A stretch of DNA of 64,000 bases. Source: Squalus acanthias. Taxonomy: Eukaryota. The translations under genes were made by a program, and so were the position numbers. Positions 35,769 through 48,064 of the stretch are shown piece by piece. A model generated the notes under the pieces. That model saw nothing but the letters and a program-made list of their open reading frames with translations, was not told the origin of the DNA and made no database searches. Position 1 is the stretch's first letter. Every line of letters begins with the position of its first letter. The stretch spans positions 1 through 64,000 of the forward strand of contig CM059432.1 of assembly GCA_030390025.1 (NCBI GenBank), written 5' to 3'.

Positions 35769-35891
35769 ATGGCGGCTGTGAGGGCAACCCTGGTTATGGA
35801 CAATGGATCTGGAATAACTAAGGCCGGGTATGCAGGGGACGATGGCCCCTGTGTTTCATTTCCCTCCGTCGTGGGGCGTCCTCAAGAACAG
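35769..35891 (+). CDS. Actin-like gene (cytoplasmic-type, divergent), coding exon 1 (codons 1-41)
   Basis: [41 protein letters not shown]. An acceptor cctgcAG lies at 35757-35758 and a donor GTGAGT at 35892. The intron sits at the conserved actin codon 41/42 position. Confidence 0.9.
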
Positions 35892-36644
35892 GTGAGTCCT
35901 ACAGCGAGACATTGGAAGGAGATTCAATCCTTTGCTTTGGGTGTAAGGTGGGGGCTGGGTCTGCCTTTCCATATTTCAAACAGCCAGCTGAATGTTAATG
36001 TATCATCCCGGGGCTGAGATCAACCTTAACCCTCGCTGGCTCTTGCTCTTGCAGTGAGCAATGTCCACAGTGTGTGCGTGTCCCTTTCCCCTGTTGTGGT
36101 GGTTTTTAGATATCAGTGCGGGGCTGTTCCAGTTTGGGTTTTTACTCGAACCCTACTCCTTGGCCCCAGTTTCTTGAAAAACAGGCTGCATCTCTGATGA
36201 AGTGAATGCTAGGGCTTGGTTCAATTGGATTGCGGCCAGAACAAATAAACCAAACGGCAAACATGTTGGTCATGTGTTAGAGGACTGGTGTGCGTGGAAG
36301 GTTGGCAGTGAGGGCGCGACTATCTGTTACGCACCCCGCCTGTTTTCCTGCCCCTGTCTTCAGTGGCGAGGACAATCCGGTGGGTGAGGAGAATCCGGCG
36401 AGCGATCTGCTCTCACCAGTTTCCATCCTTGCCAAAGTTGAAAATGACTCCCAATTTGCATTGGCTCTTTTCTACCCTCTCCGTTCCAATCAACTCTACG
36501 TTGCTTTGTAAGTTTTGCTATTTAACTATAAGATGAAATTAAAGTATTGCTCCTCGATCTCCTGTTGCACTGCACACGGGCCGGCAAGACCAAGCGTCAT
36601 CTTCAGATTAAGTGGGCAATGTGGACATAGATTCCAATGTCTAC

Positions 36645-36863
36645 ATTAGAACCTCATCCTCGTTTTCAAATCTCTCCAGGGCCTCGCCCCTCCCTATCTC
36701 TGTACCCTCCTCCAGCCCCACAACCCTCCGAGATCTCTGCACTCCTCCAATTCTGGCCTCTTGAGCATCCCTCGATTATAATCGCTCCACCATTGGCGGC
36801 CGTGTCTTCAGCTGCCTGGGCCCCGAGCTCTGGAATTCCCTCCCTAACCCTCTCCGCCTCTCT
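36645..36863 (+). mobile_element. L2 LINE 3' fragment
   Basis: Degenerate FKSL.GLAPPYL ... GGRVFS..GP.LWNSLP pattern. Confidence 0.6.
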
Positions 36864-39830
36864 CATAGAAACATAGAAACATAGAAGATAGGAGCAGGAG
36901 TAGGCCATTCGGCCCCTCGAGCCTGCTCTGCCATTCGATGAGATCATGGCTGATCATCTAAACTCAGTACCCTGTACCTGCCTTCTCCCCATAACCCTTG
37001 ACTCCCCTGTAGCTCAAATATCTGTCTATCTCCACCTTGAATATATTCACTGACTCCGCCTCCACAGCTCTCTGGGGTAGAGAATTCCAAAGATTCACGA
37101 CCCTCTGAGAGAAGAAATTCCTCCTCATCTCTGTTTTAAATGGGCGACCCCTTATCCTGAAACTATGCCCCCTAGTTCTAGATTTCCCCACGAGGGGAAA
37201 CATCCTCCCTGCATCTACCCTGTCGAGCCCCCTCAGAATCTTATATGTTTCAATAAGATCACCTCTCAATCTTCTAAACTCTAATGAGTATAGGCCCAGC
37301 CTGCTCAATCTTTCTTCATAAGACAACCCCTTCATAAGAACATAAGAACATAAGAAATAGGAGCAGGAATAGGCCAATCGGCCCTTCGAGCCTGCTCCGC
37401 CATTCAATAAGATCATGGCTGATCTGATCCTCACCTCAAATCTAAAGAACACAAGAAGTAGGAGCAGGACCCGGCCACTCAGCCCCTGGGCCCGCTCCGC
37501 CACCCACAGGGCCTCGACCGATCCGAACTCAGCCTCATGTCCAATTTCCTGCCCGCTCCCCGTAACCCCTAATTCCCTTTACTTCTAGGAAACTGTCTAT
37601 TTCTGTTTTAAATTTATTTAATGATGTAGCTTCCACAGCTTCCTGGGGCAGCAAATTCCACAGACCTACTACCCTCTGAGTGAAGAAGTTTCTCCTCATC
37701 TCAGTTTTGAAAGAGCAGCCCCTTATTCTAAGATTATGCCCCCTAGTTCTAGTTTCACCCATCCTTGGGAACATCCTTACCGCATCCACCCGATCAAGCC
37801 CCTTCACAATCTTATATGTTTCAATAAGATCGCCTCTCATTCTTCTGAACTCCAATGAGTAGAGTCCCAATCTACTCAACCTCTCCTCGTATGTCCACCC
37901 CCTCATCTCAGGAATTAACCTCGTGAACCTTCTCTGAACAGCCTCCAACGCAAGTATATCCTTCCTTAAATAAGGAGACCAAAACTGTACGCAGTACTCC
38001 AGGTGTGGTCTCACCAACGCCCTGTACAGTTGTAGCAAGACTTCCCTACTTTTATACTCTATCCCCCTTGCAATAAAGGCCAACATTTCATTTGCCTTCC
38101 TAATTACTTGCTGTACCTGCATGCTAACTTTTTGTGTTTCATGTACAAGGACCCCCAGATCCTTCTGTACCTCAGCATTTTGTAGTCTCTCTCCATTTAA
38201 ATAATAATTTGATTTTTTATTCTTCCTACCAAAGTGGATAACCTCACATTTTCCCACATTATACTCCATCTGCCAAATTCTCGCCCACTCACTTAACCTA
38301 TCTATATCCCTTTGCAGACTCTTTGTGTCCTCCTCACAACTTGCTTTCCCAACTATCTTTGTATCGTCAGCAAATTTGGCTACAGTACACTCGGTCCCTT
38401 CATCCAAGTCATTAATATAGATTGTAAATAGTTGAGGCCCCAGCACTGATTCCTGTGGCACCTCACTAGTTACAGTTTGCCAACCGGAAAATGACCCATT
38501 TATCCCGACTCTCTGTTTTCTGTTAGTTAGCCAATCCTCTATCCATGCTAATATATTACCCCCAACCCCGTGAGCTCTTATCTTGTGCAGTAACCTTTTA
38601 TGCATGACATGAATCTTGTCATTCATGTATGAAGTAATACTGAGCGGCCTGCTGGTGGCGCTGTCCAGGGAGAGTATAAATACTCGGGCATGGGCCCAGC
38701 TTGCTTAGGACATTCCTCAACAGGAACTAGTGAAGGACACAACTAGACCTCCATGTTGAAAAACAGTTGATTAAAGCTTTGTTTAACGCTTAGACCAAGT
38801 GCCTAGTAGTTTTCTTACGTCGATGTACATATTCATGTACAAGGACACGCAGGTCCCACTAAATGCAAACATTTCCCAGTCTCTCACCATTCAAAAAATA
38901 TTCTGCTTTTTTGTTTTTCCTACCAAAGTGGATAACTTCACACTTCCCCACATTGTATTCCATTTGCCTTGTTCTTACCCATTCTGTCAACCTGTCTATA
39001 TCTCTCTGCAGCCTCTTTGCATCCTCCTCACAGCTTACTTTCCCACCTAACTTTGTACCATCAGCAAACTTGGATACGTTACACTCAGTCCTTTCATCTA
39101 AGTCATTAATATAGATTGTAAATAGCTGAGGCCCAGGCACGGATCCTTGCGGTACCCCACTAGTTACAGCCTGCCAACCCGAAAAAGTCCTGTTTATTCC
39201 TACTCCCGGTTTTCTGTCCATTAACCAATCCTCAATCCATGCTAATACATTACCCCCAATCCCATGAGTGCTAATTTTGTGTAATAACCTCTTGTGTGGC
39301 ACCTTATCGAATGCTTTTTGAAAATCCAAATACACCACATCTACTGATTCCCCCTTATCCATCCCACTAGTTACATCTTCAAAAAACTCTCACAAATTTG
39401 TCAAACACGATTTCCCTTTCATAAATCCATATTGACTCTGCCTAATTATACTACAATTTTCTAAGTGCCCTGTTACCATGTCCCTAATAATAGATTTTAG
39501 CATTTTGCCTACTACTGATGTCAGGCTAACTGGCCTATAGTTCTCTGTTTTTTCTCTTCCTCCTTTTTTAAATATTGAGGTTATGTCTGCTACCTTCTAA
39601 TCCTTGGGAACTGTTGTAGGATCTAGGGAATTCTGGAAGATTAATACCAGTGCAGCCACTATCTCTGCAGCTACCTCTGCGGGGATTTGTCGCCACTTAG
39701 TCCCATTAATTTCTCCTCCTATGTCTTTACTTATACTGATTTCTTTAAGTTCCTCATTCTCTCTAAACCCTTGGTTCTCCATTATTTCCGGAATGTTTTT
39801 TGTGTCTTCTAACGTGAAGACAGATACAAA
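36864..39830 (-). mobile_element. Stack of three CR1 fragments in the actin intron (36864-37333, 37335-38604, 38823-39830)
   Basis: RT ORFs 36964..37503, 37535..38626 and 38859..39362, with CR1 octamer tails at 36864 and 37335. Confidence 0.85.
38605..38822 (+). mobile_element. Short (218 bp) solo LTR-like element, copy 2
   Basis: Reverse complement of 32270-32487 with TATAAATA and ATTAAA. The flanks are ATGCA and ATGTA. Confidence 0.65.
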
Positions 39831-39833
39831 GTC

Positions 39834-40964
39834 TGAAGGGATAATTACTAGTCCTAGCCCCTTTAGGGCTGCCCCAGATCAGGCGTATTCCCCAGACGTT
39901 CACTTTCAACTAAAGTTTGAGGTAGCTGAATCCTAAAGACGCTTAATTGGGTCTAAAGGTCCGGACTATCTCTCCCTAAAGGAACAACCTGAAAATGTTA
40001 CCGTCCTCCAGATAGCACTTTTAATAAGTTTAGCTAGACTGTAACATTCCGGATATTATGAGGGTCCGAAAACTCCCCCAGAATTCTGCCACTCCTCACT
40101 AAAGAGTGTACAGAGATTGAGTTCGCGAGTTTGATGCAGAAGTCTTATGTGAGACAATTCTAAAAATATATAGATTTATTAAAGAACCAACATGTATCTT
40201 ACAGTTGGTGAGTCAATCGCAACATTAACAGTTCCAAAAAGAGAAAGCTTTACAATCTTATTATCAGAGATCCTTATTCTCAAATCTTAACTTCGCTACA
40301 GTTTTACAATTCTTCGTTTTATTCAGGATATCCACCAAAATCAAATACAGTACCTTTGATCCCTGAGATACAAAGAGTTGTAGACTTACAGAGTTGTCTC
40401 TGAAGCCGAGAATCACTTTGCCCCTTTAACAGCGAGTCTATTATCCCATTTGAGAGTTCAATATTTATACCTTTTTTCAGTGGTATTTCCTTTAAGGTTT
40501 TCTGCTGATGTAAGCTAATTATCTCTTGTCATTTTTCTGCTGAATTCTGCAATTCTTACAGTCACCTCAGTTGGTAGCAATACAGAATCATGTCTCTCCT
40601 CTAGGTATTCTAAGCTTACCATAAAAAACGGTGTAACAGCAGGTGCGCTTTATTTGATGTCATTTTTACGAAGGCAGATGTTTGTGGTTCTTTACGAAGT
40701 GTAAATTAGAATACCTTATACAGGGTGAACTATTGTCTGTTCCCAAAGATTCAGACTGTTGGGAGCCTTTAATCTTCTGTTTCAATAAGGTTATTGATTC
40801 AGTGTCAACAACTATCTTATCTCTATGGCCAGAATGTTTTCACAGCTTCTTCATAGTTAGGTTTCTAGATTTCCAAACCCAGTTTGCCATGTTTTAATAA
40901 GGCCAGAAATCTTTCATAGAATGGTGTATTTTTCTGAATAGGTTATATGGCTTATTCCTTCACA
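39834..40964 (-). mobile_element. Probable solo LTR (about 1.1 kb)
   Basis: Inverted termini TGAAGGGATAA / TTATTCCTTCA(CA) with AGTC on both flanks. It carries minus-strand AATAAA and TATAAAT motifs and is non-coding. Confidence 0.6.
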
Positions 40965-40967
40965 AGT

Positions 40968-43160
40968 CTTCTCAGGCAGTCCCTCGGAACCGAGGATGAC
41001 TTGCTTCCACATTAAAAATGAGTTCTCAGGTGACTGATGAGTCCAATGCGGGACCTACAGTCTCTGTCACAGGTGGGGCAGACGGTGGTTGAAGGGGTGG
41101 GTGGGTGGAGTGCTTGGGTTGACGTGCGCTCCTTGCGCTGCTTGCGCTTGGCTTCCGCTTGCTCCTGGCGAAGAGACTCGAGGTGTTCGTCGCCTTCCCA
41201 AATGCTTCTCCTCCACTTTGTGCAGTCTTGGGCCAGGGATTCCCAGGTGTCAGTGGGGATGTTGCACTTTTTCAAGGAGGCTCTGAGAGTGTCCTTGAAG
41301 CGTTTCCTCTGCCCACCTAGGGCTCTCTTGCCGTGTCGGAGCTCTGAGTAGAGCGCTTGTTTTGGGAGTCTTGTATTGGACATGCGGACGATGTGACCCG
41401 TCCATCGGAGCTGATCGAGCGTGGTCAAAGCTTCGATGCTGGGGATGTTGGCCTGAGCGAGAACACTGACGTTGGTGCGCCTATCCTGCCAATGGATTTG
41501 CAGGATCTTGCAGAAGCAGCATTGGTGGTACCTCTCCAGTGCTTTGAGGTGCCTGCTGTCCATGGTCCATGTCTCTGAGGCATACAGCAGGGCGGGTATC
41601 ACGGCTGCTCTGTAGACCATGAGCTGAGTGCCGGGTTTGAGGTCCTGGTCTTCAAACACTCTCTTCCTCAGTCGACCGAAGGCTGCACTGGCACACTGAA
41701 GGCGGTGTTGGACTTCGTCATCGAAATCTGCCCTTGTTGACAGTGGGCTCCCGAGGTATGGAACGTGGTCCACGTTGTCCAAGTCCTCATCATGGATTTT
41801 GATGATCGGGGGGCAGTACTGTGTGGCGGGGGCAGATTGGTAGAGGACCTTTGTCTTACGGATGCTTAGTGTAAGGCCCATGCTCTCATTTGCTTCGGTG
41901 AAGGTGTTGACGATGGTTTGGAGTTCGACCTCCGAGTGAGTGCAGACGCAAGCGTCATCTGCATACTGCAATTTGACGACAGAGGATGGGACGACCTTGG
42001 ATCTGGACTGGAGGCAATGGAGGTTGAACAGTTTCCCGTTTGTTCTGTAAATTAGCTCCACTCCAGTGGGGAGCTTACTGAGGGTGAGATGGAGCATTGC
42101 AGCAAGGAAGATCGAGAAGAGCGTTGGTGCGATAACACAGCCTTGCTTGACCCCGGTCCGTATGTGAATTGGGTCAGTGATGGATCCGTTGGTCAGGATC
42201 ACGTCTTGAATATCGTCGTGAAGCAGGCGGAGGACGGTGACAAACTTTTGAGGGCAGCCAAATTTGAGGAGGACACTCCATCGTCTTGGATCCCCTTGCC
42301 ATTGGACCAAGACCTTGCTCTGTCAAGCCCGTGTGGTAGCTGGTGTGCAACGGCCACCCCACATTAAAAGAATTCACGCACAGGCATCTTCCACACTTTA
42401 AAATGAAGTTCGGGACCTGGAACGTAAGGACCCTCATGGACAACCCCAACAGTGACAGACCGGAACGCCGTACTGCTATCGTTGCCCGGGAGCTCAGACG
42501 TTTCGACATTGACATCGCCGCCCTAAATGAGGCCCGGCGTGCAGGGGAAGGCCAGGTCAAGGAGCAAGTAGGTGGCTACACCTTCTTCTGGAAAGGCAAA
42601 ACTGAAGAAGAACGCTGCCTCCATGGGGTAGGCTTCGCCATAAAAAATGAACTAGTTGGGTGTCTCAGAGACTCTCCTAGCGGAATAAAGGAGCGCCTCA
42701 TGACTCTTCGGCTCACCCTAGCCCGGAACCAGTGCGCTACGGTCATCAGTGTGTACGCCCCAACACTGGAAGCCACAGACGAGACCAAAGAGGAATTCTA
42801 CTCCAGCCTCGAACAATCCCTGTCCCGAGTCCCAACGGGCGACAAGCTAATCCTCATTGGCGACTTTAATACCAGAGTTGGAAAGGACACAGACCTCTGG
42901 GGAGGTGTGATCGTCAGAGAGGGGGTAGGGAAAGCCAACTCCAACGGTACCCTCCTCCTGACGAAATGCTTAGAACATGGCCTTGTCATAACCAACACCT
43001 TGTTCCATCAAAGAGACAAGTACAAGGCTTCATGGCAGCACCCTCGCGCCAAGCACTGGCAGCTGCTGGACCACGTCATCGTCCGAGCGAGGGACCACAA
43101 GGACGTCTGCATCACACGCGCCATGACAGGAGCTGACGACTGCTGGACAGACCACTGCCT
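40968..43160 (-). mobile_element. RTE-clade LINE with inverted 5' part (RT/3' end on minus 40968-42287; 5' UTR and APE endonuclease on plus 42288-43160)
   Basis: GVKQGCVIAP, QYADD, LRWTGH and a C-terminal CxxC...SH...H in ORF 41012..42310. FGTWNVRTL, YAPT, GDFN and WTDH in ORF 42343..43182. Confidence 0.85.
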
Positions 43161-43369
43161 AGGGATGAACAATAAATGCTGACCTTGCCAGCGACGCCCA
43201 CATCCTATGAATGAATAAAAAAAGAGAGGAGGTTGACTGTTCCTCCACCCGTGCTTTCCAATAACTGGCAGAGTGCCCCAGACTTGGGTTCTGATCTGAA
43301 GTTCTGCCTCGCTCACTTTTTTAAAATCTCTGCACCCTTCCTCTTCCAGCTCTTGTATCTGGACATCAG

Positions 43370-44720
43370 GACATGGGGTAGACCACACGGCCCCTCGAGC
43401 CTGCTCCGCCATTCAATAAGATCACGGCTAATCTACTACCTCATCTCCACTTTCTCGCCCTATCCCCATATCGCTTGATTCCCTTAGTGCCCATAAATCT
43501 ATCGATCTCTGTCTTGAATACACACAACGACTGAGCCTCCACAGCCCTCTGGGGTAGAGAATTCCAAAGATTCACCACCCTCTGAGTGAAGACATGTCTC
43601 CTCATTTTTAAAAATTTGTTCCTGGGATGTGGGTTGTCGCTGGCAAAGCCAGCATTTATTGCCCATCCCTAATTGCCCTTGATAAGGTGGTGGTGAGCCG
43701 CCTTCTTGAACCGCTGCTGCCCGTGTGGTGAAGGTACTCCCACAGCGCTGTTAGGGAGGGAGTTCCAGGATTTTGACCCAGTGACGATGAAGGAATGACG
43801 ATATACATCCAAGTCAGGATGGTGTGTGACTTGGAGGGAAACTTGCAGGTGGTGGTGTTCCCATGCGCCTGCTGCCCTTGTCCTTCTAGTTGGTAGAGGT
43901 CGCGGGTTTGGGAGGTGCTGCCGAAGAAGCCTTGGCGAGTTACTGCAGTGCATCTTGTAGATGGTACACACTGCAGCCACGGTACGCCGGTGGTGGAGGG
44001 AGTGAATGTTTAAGGTGATGGATGGGGTGCCAATCAAGCGGGCTGCTTTGTCCTGGATGGTGTCGCGCTTCTTGAGTGTTGTTGGAGCTGCACTCATCCA
44101 GGCAAGTGGAGAGTATTCCATCACACTCCTGACTTGTGCCTTGTAGATGGTGGTAAGGCTTTGGGGAGTCAGGAGGTATCATCTCAGGCCTAAATAGCCA
44201 ATCCCTTTATCCTGAAACTATGCCCCCTAGTTCTTGACTCTCCAGCCAGGGGAAACAGCCTCCCAGCATCTACCCTTGGACGATTCAATGAGATCAACTT
44301 TCAATCTTCTAAACTCCAGAGATTATAGGCCCATTCTATTCAATCACAGGACAGCCCTCTCATCCCATGAATCAATCTAGTGGACCTTCGTTGCACCTCC
44401 TCTTAGGCAAGTAAATCCTTCCTTGGGCAAGGAGACCAAGACTGTACACAGTACTCCAGGTGTGGTCTCACCAAAGCCCCCATATAATTGCAGCAAGACT
44501 TCCTTACCCCCTTTCAATAAAAGCTAACATATCATTTGCCTTCCTAAATGCCTGCTGTATCTGCATGTTACCAACATTTACTCGTCTCTCACCTTTTTAT
44601 TCTATCTTTCTATTCTTCCTACCAAAGTGGATCATTTCAGATTCCCCCACATTATACTCCATCTGCCACCTTCTTGCCCAATCACTTAACTGCTCCATCC
44701 CCATATCCCTTGATTCCCTT
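43370..44720 (-). mobile_element. CR1 3' fragment interrupted by a 3' fragment (43607-44177) of the 83-820 LINE family
   Basis: ORF 43669..44124 is near-identical to 333..986/140..340. CR1 sequence lies on both sides. Confidence 0.75.
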
Positions 44721-44900
44721 AATGCCCAGAAACCACTAACCCTCGCTTTACAATGTACAGTGCTACTGAATCCTGACCCAAATCATTTCAGCCACAATGA
44801 TACAAAAAATCGACTTGAATACAAATCTGGAGCATGTTTGTGTAAAACACTCCTGCCTGGTTTATTGTGAATTCATCCTTTGTTTTATTCCCCATTCTAG

Positions 44901-45896
44901 GGCGTGATGGTGGGAATGGGTCAGAAGGACAGTTATGTTGGTGATGAAGCCCAGAGCAAGAGAGGGATTCTGACCCTGAAGTACCCCATTGAGCACGGGA
45001 TTGTGACCAACTGGGATGACATGGAGAAGATCTGGCACCACACCTTCTACAATGAGCTGCGAGTGGCCCCAGAGGAACATCCTGTTCTCCTCACAGAGGC
45101 ACCTCTCAACCCCCAAGCCAACCGGGAGAAGATGGCCCAGATCATGTTTGAGACCTTCAACACATCGGCCATGTATGTTGCCATTCAAGCTGTGCTGTCC
45201 TTGTACGCCTCTGACCGCACAACTGGCATTGTGCTAGATTCTGGTGATGGTGTGACCCACATTGTGCCAATCTATGAAGGGTATGTCTTGCCTCATGCCA
45301 TCGAACGACTACATCTGGCTGGCCGGCATCTCACTGACTACATGAAGAAGATCCTGACTGAACGTGGGTATTCCTCAGCTGAGAGGGAGATCGTGTGTGA
45401 CATCAAGGAGAAACTTGCCTATGTGGCCCTAGATTTTGAATCTGAGATGCAGACGGCTAGCTCTTCCTCATCCTTGGAGAAAAGCTACGAGCTCCCTGAT
45501 GGCCAAGTAATCACCATCGGCAATGAGCGTTTCAGGTGCCCAGAAGCCCTCTTCCAACCCTCCTTCATTGGGCTAGATTCTGCTGGGATCCACGAGACCA
45601 TTTACAACAGCATCATGAAATGTGACCTAGAGCTCAGGAAGGATCTGTATGCCAACACCGTCTTGTCTGGTGGTTCCACCATGTTCCCTGGTATCGCTGA
45701 TCGGATGCAGAAGGAACTCACAGCCTTGGCTCCGAGCACAATGAAGATTAAGATCATTGCTCTGCCCGAGAGGAAGTATTCAGTGTGGATCGGAGGATCC
45801 ATCTTGGCTTGTCGCTCCAACTTCCAGCAAATGTGGATCAGCAAGCAGGAGTACGATGAGTCTGGGCCCTCTGTAGTCCATCACAAGAGGTTCTAA
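44901..45896 (+). CDS. Actin-like gene (cytoplasmic-type, divergent), coding exon 2 (codons 42-372)
   Basis: Acceptor ccccattctAG at 44899-44900, then an uninterrupted [18 protein letters not shown]...VHHKRF*. Non-muscle diagnostic residues include IVTNW, HPVLL, EALFQ, ANTVL and ESGPS. Confidence 0.93.
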   Translation, partial: GVMVGMGQKDSYVGDEAQSKRGILTLKYPIEHGIVTNWDDMEKIWHHTFYNELRVAPEEHPVLLTEAPLNPQANREKMAQIMFETFNTSAMYVAIQAVLSLYASDRTTGIVLDSGDGVTHIVPIYEGYVLPHAIERLHLAGRHLTDYMKKILTERGYSSAEREIVCDIKEKLAYVALDFESEMQTASSSSSLEKSYELPDGQVITIGNERFRCPEALFQPSFIGLDSAGIHETIYNSIMKCDLELRKDLYANTVLSGGSTMFPGIADRMQKELTALAPSTMKIKIIALPERKYSVWIGGSILACRSNFQQMWISKQEYDESGPSVVHHKRF

Positions 45897-47414
45897 CATG
45901 CAGTAGGGATCAGAACTGATCCAGGCTTAGCCCGTTTAGAATATTACCATCAGTCTTAACTCTTACACCAATGATTCAAAATGTCTCTGCATGTAGACTC
46001 CTGGGACAGGAAGTGTTGGCTCTCTAATTCTATACCTTGATCCCAGGAGGTTTTTTAATCACAGGGTGGTGCGGGGAGATGGTGGAAAGCTTGCAGTCCT
46101 GGGTGTTGGGTATTTACAGGATAGTCATTTATCCAGACTTCCAAAACAAACTCGAGGAACAAGAAATACGGAGATATCTGATTAATATTGTTATTCGTCA
46201 AGTCAATGATATACATCCCATTACATGTAGTGCCCATGAGACTGGTACTGAACGTAACTCATGTGCAACGGACTCATCAGGAATGCAATAAGCACGACCT
46301 CTTGACACGTGCTAGATTTAGCAAGACTAGGTCGAAGTATCTAAGGAGCGTGTTGTATCTTTTATAGAGTTAATCACATTGTCCTAGCGCGATGCTATTA
46401 CACGCTCTGCATATGTCTAGTTAATACTGGAGTACGTTAGCCTCCAACATCAGTGCATTGAGCCAGGTCCAGTATGTAATACCCTTCAGTGCGTCTGCGC
46501 AATATTCTCGATCTCTTGTTTGTTGCTCACTTTGCTTGGGAACGCATGGCGTGTCCTTCACTCCCTTTGGGACATCTCCATTCAGTCTTTGTATTTCATA
46601 CTGTCTCCTGACCGTTGGACCTTATTCCTCGTACATTCCTTGTCTATTCCCCACAAACTGTTAGTGAGTAATGTCTGTTACCAGGCTCTGAACTCGTCCT
46701 GTCTGTGACCTCCGAAAACTACTTGGCCCAACCAGTCCGTGCCGGTGTTTATGCTCCACTCGAGCCTCCTCCCGTCTTTCCTCATCTAACTATCAGCGTA
46801 ACCCTCGATTCCCTTCTCCCTCATATACTTGTCCAGCCTCCCCTTAAATGCATCCATACTATTCGCTTCAACCACTCCTTGTGGGAGCGAGCTTCACATT
46901 CTCACCACTCTCTGGGCAAAGAAGTTTCTCCTGAATTCCCCAATAGATTTCTTGGTCAACGTTACAGGTTGCTTTGTGCAAAGCCCAATACTGATCTAGG
47001 GTCAGACACGGTCACTCGTTCTGAAAGGCATCCCTCTCCTGACCAATCAGTTCCTTGAACCAGCTGCAACATCAGTTGACTGCAGCTAATGTTCATTGGC
47101 TGTCGTTCATTGGCTGCCATTCATTGGCTGCCATTCATTGGCTGTCACTCATTGTTTGCCGCTGATTGGTTGCTGCTGATTGGTTGCTGCTGATTGTAAA
47201 ATTTGCTGGAATTGCTTTGTGGAGCAGGAGGATTGGTTCAGTGCGAGCTCCTCTTCTGATTGGCCAATTGACACTGAGTTGCCCCAGATGTCAGCAATCA
47301 ATCTAAAATGAATCGAACAAATGTGCCCCCTTTTTGAAAGAGACACAAAATTATAAACACCCAAATTATCAATAAAACTAAGGAAACTCAGCAAATTAAA
47401 CAAGGATATTGGGG

Positions 47415-47915
47415 GGGGTGGAATTTTAACCCTCAAAAATTTGGGGTGGGTTGGGTTTGGGTGGGAGGTTAAAGTGTTAAAAAAACTGAATCTCGACCCC
47501 AACCCGCCTCCAACCCGCCCACTTCCGGTTTTAACGGATTCGGGGTGGACAGCCAACCCGCTCCCAGGAGACGGGTCGCCGATTTAACGAGGCCTCCGAT
47601 TCCCCCCGCCCACGAGGCCTCCGATTCCCCCCCGCCCACGAGGCCTCCGATTCCCCCCCGCCCACGAGGCCTCCGATTCCCCCCCGCCCACGAGGCCTCT
47701 GATCGCCTTCCCAGACATCAGCAAATTGGGCCGGGCCTGTGGGGAAACCGTTCTCCTGGGTTTCCCCACCACTACCTCGACCCCCTCCTCCCCCGCCCCA
47801 GTCTCTCGGTGCCCACCAGTGGCTGAAGGCCTCAAGTGTGTTCCGTGCGATCTAACTTGTACCAAACTTCCACAGCTTCCCCTTCAATCTTTACATTGGT
47901 ACCCGTCTGACCAGT
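47415..47915. mobile_element. Probable non-autonomous DNA transposon fragment (Harbinger-like terminus)
   Basis: Starts GGGGTGGAATTTT, similar to the termini at 49122 and 61269, and contains an internal 26-bp tandem repeat. Confidence 0.4.
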
Positions 47916-47933
47916 GAGATTTACTCTACCTGT

Positions 47934-47934
<1 letters not shown>

Positions 47935-47974
<40 letters not shown>

Positions 47975-47998
47975 TCTCTCTCTCTCTCACTCTCTCAC

Positions 47999-48064
<66 letters not shown>

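Noticed and set aside
41035..41062. CTGATGA-GTCC...GGAC hammerhead-like motif (also near 53918 and 46271)
   Set aside because: The GAAA core is absent after the stem. In the RTE copies it is simply the antisense of the coding sequence.
46050..47400. Possible LTR or DIRS-type fragments downstream of actin, including cattggctg repeats at 47093-47145
   Set aside because: I could not define termini, a TSD or coding motifs with confidence.
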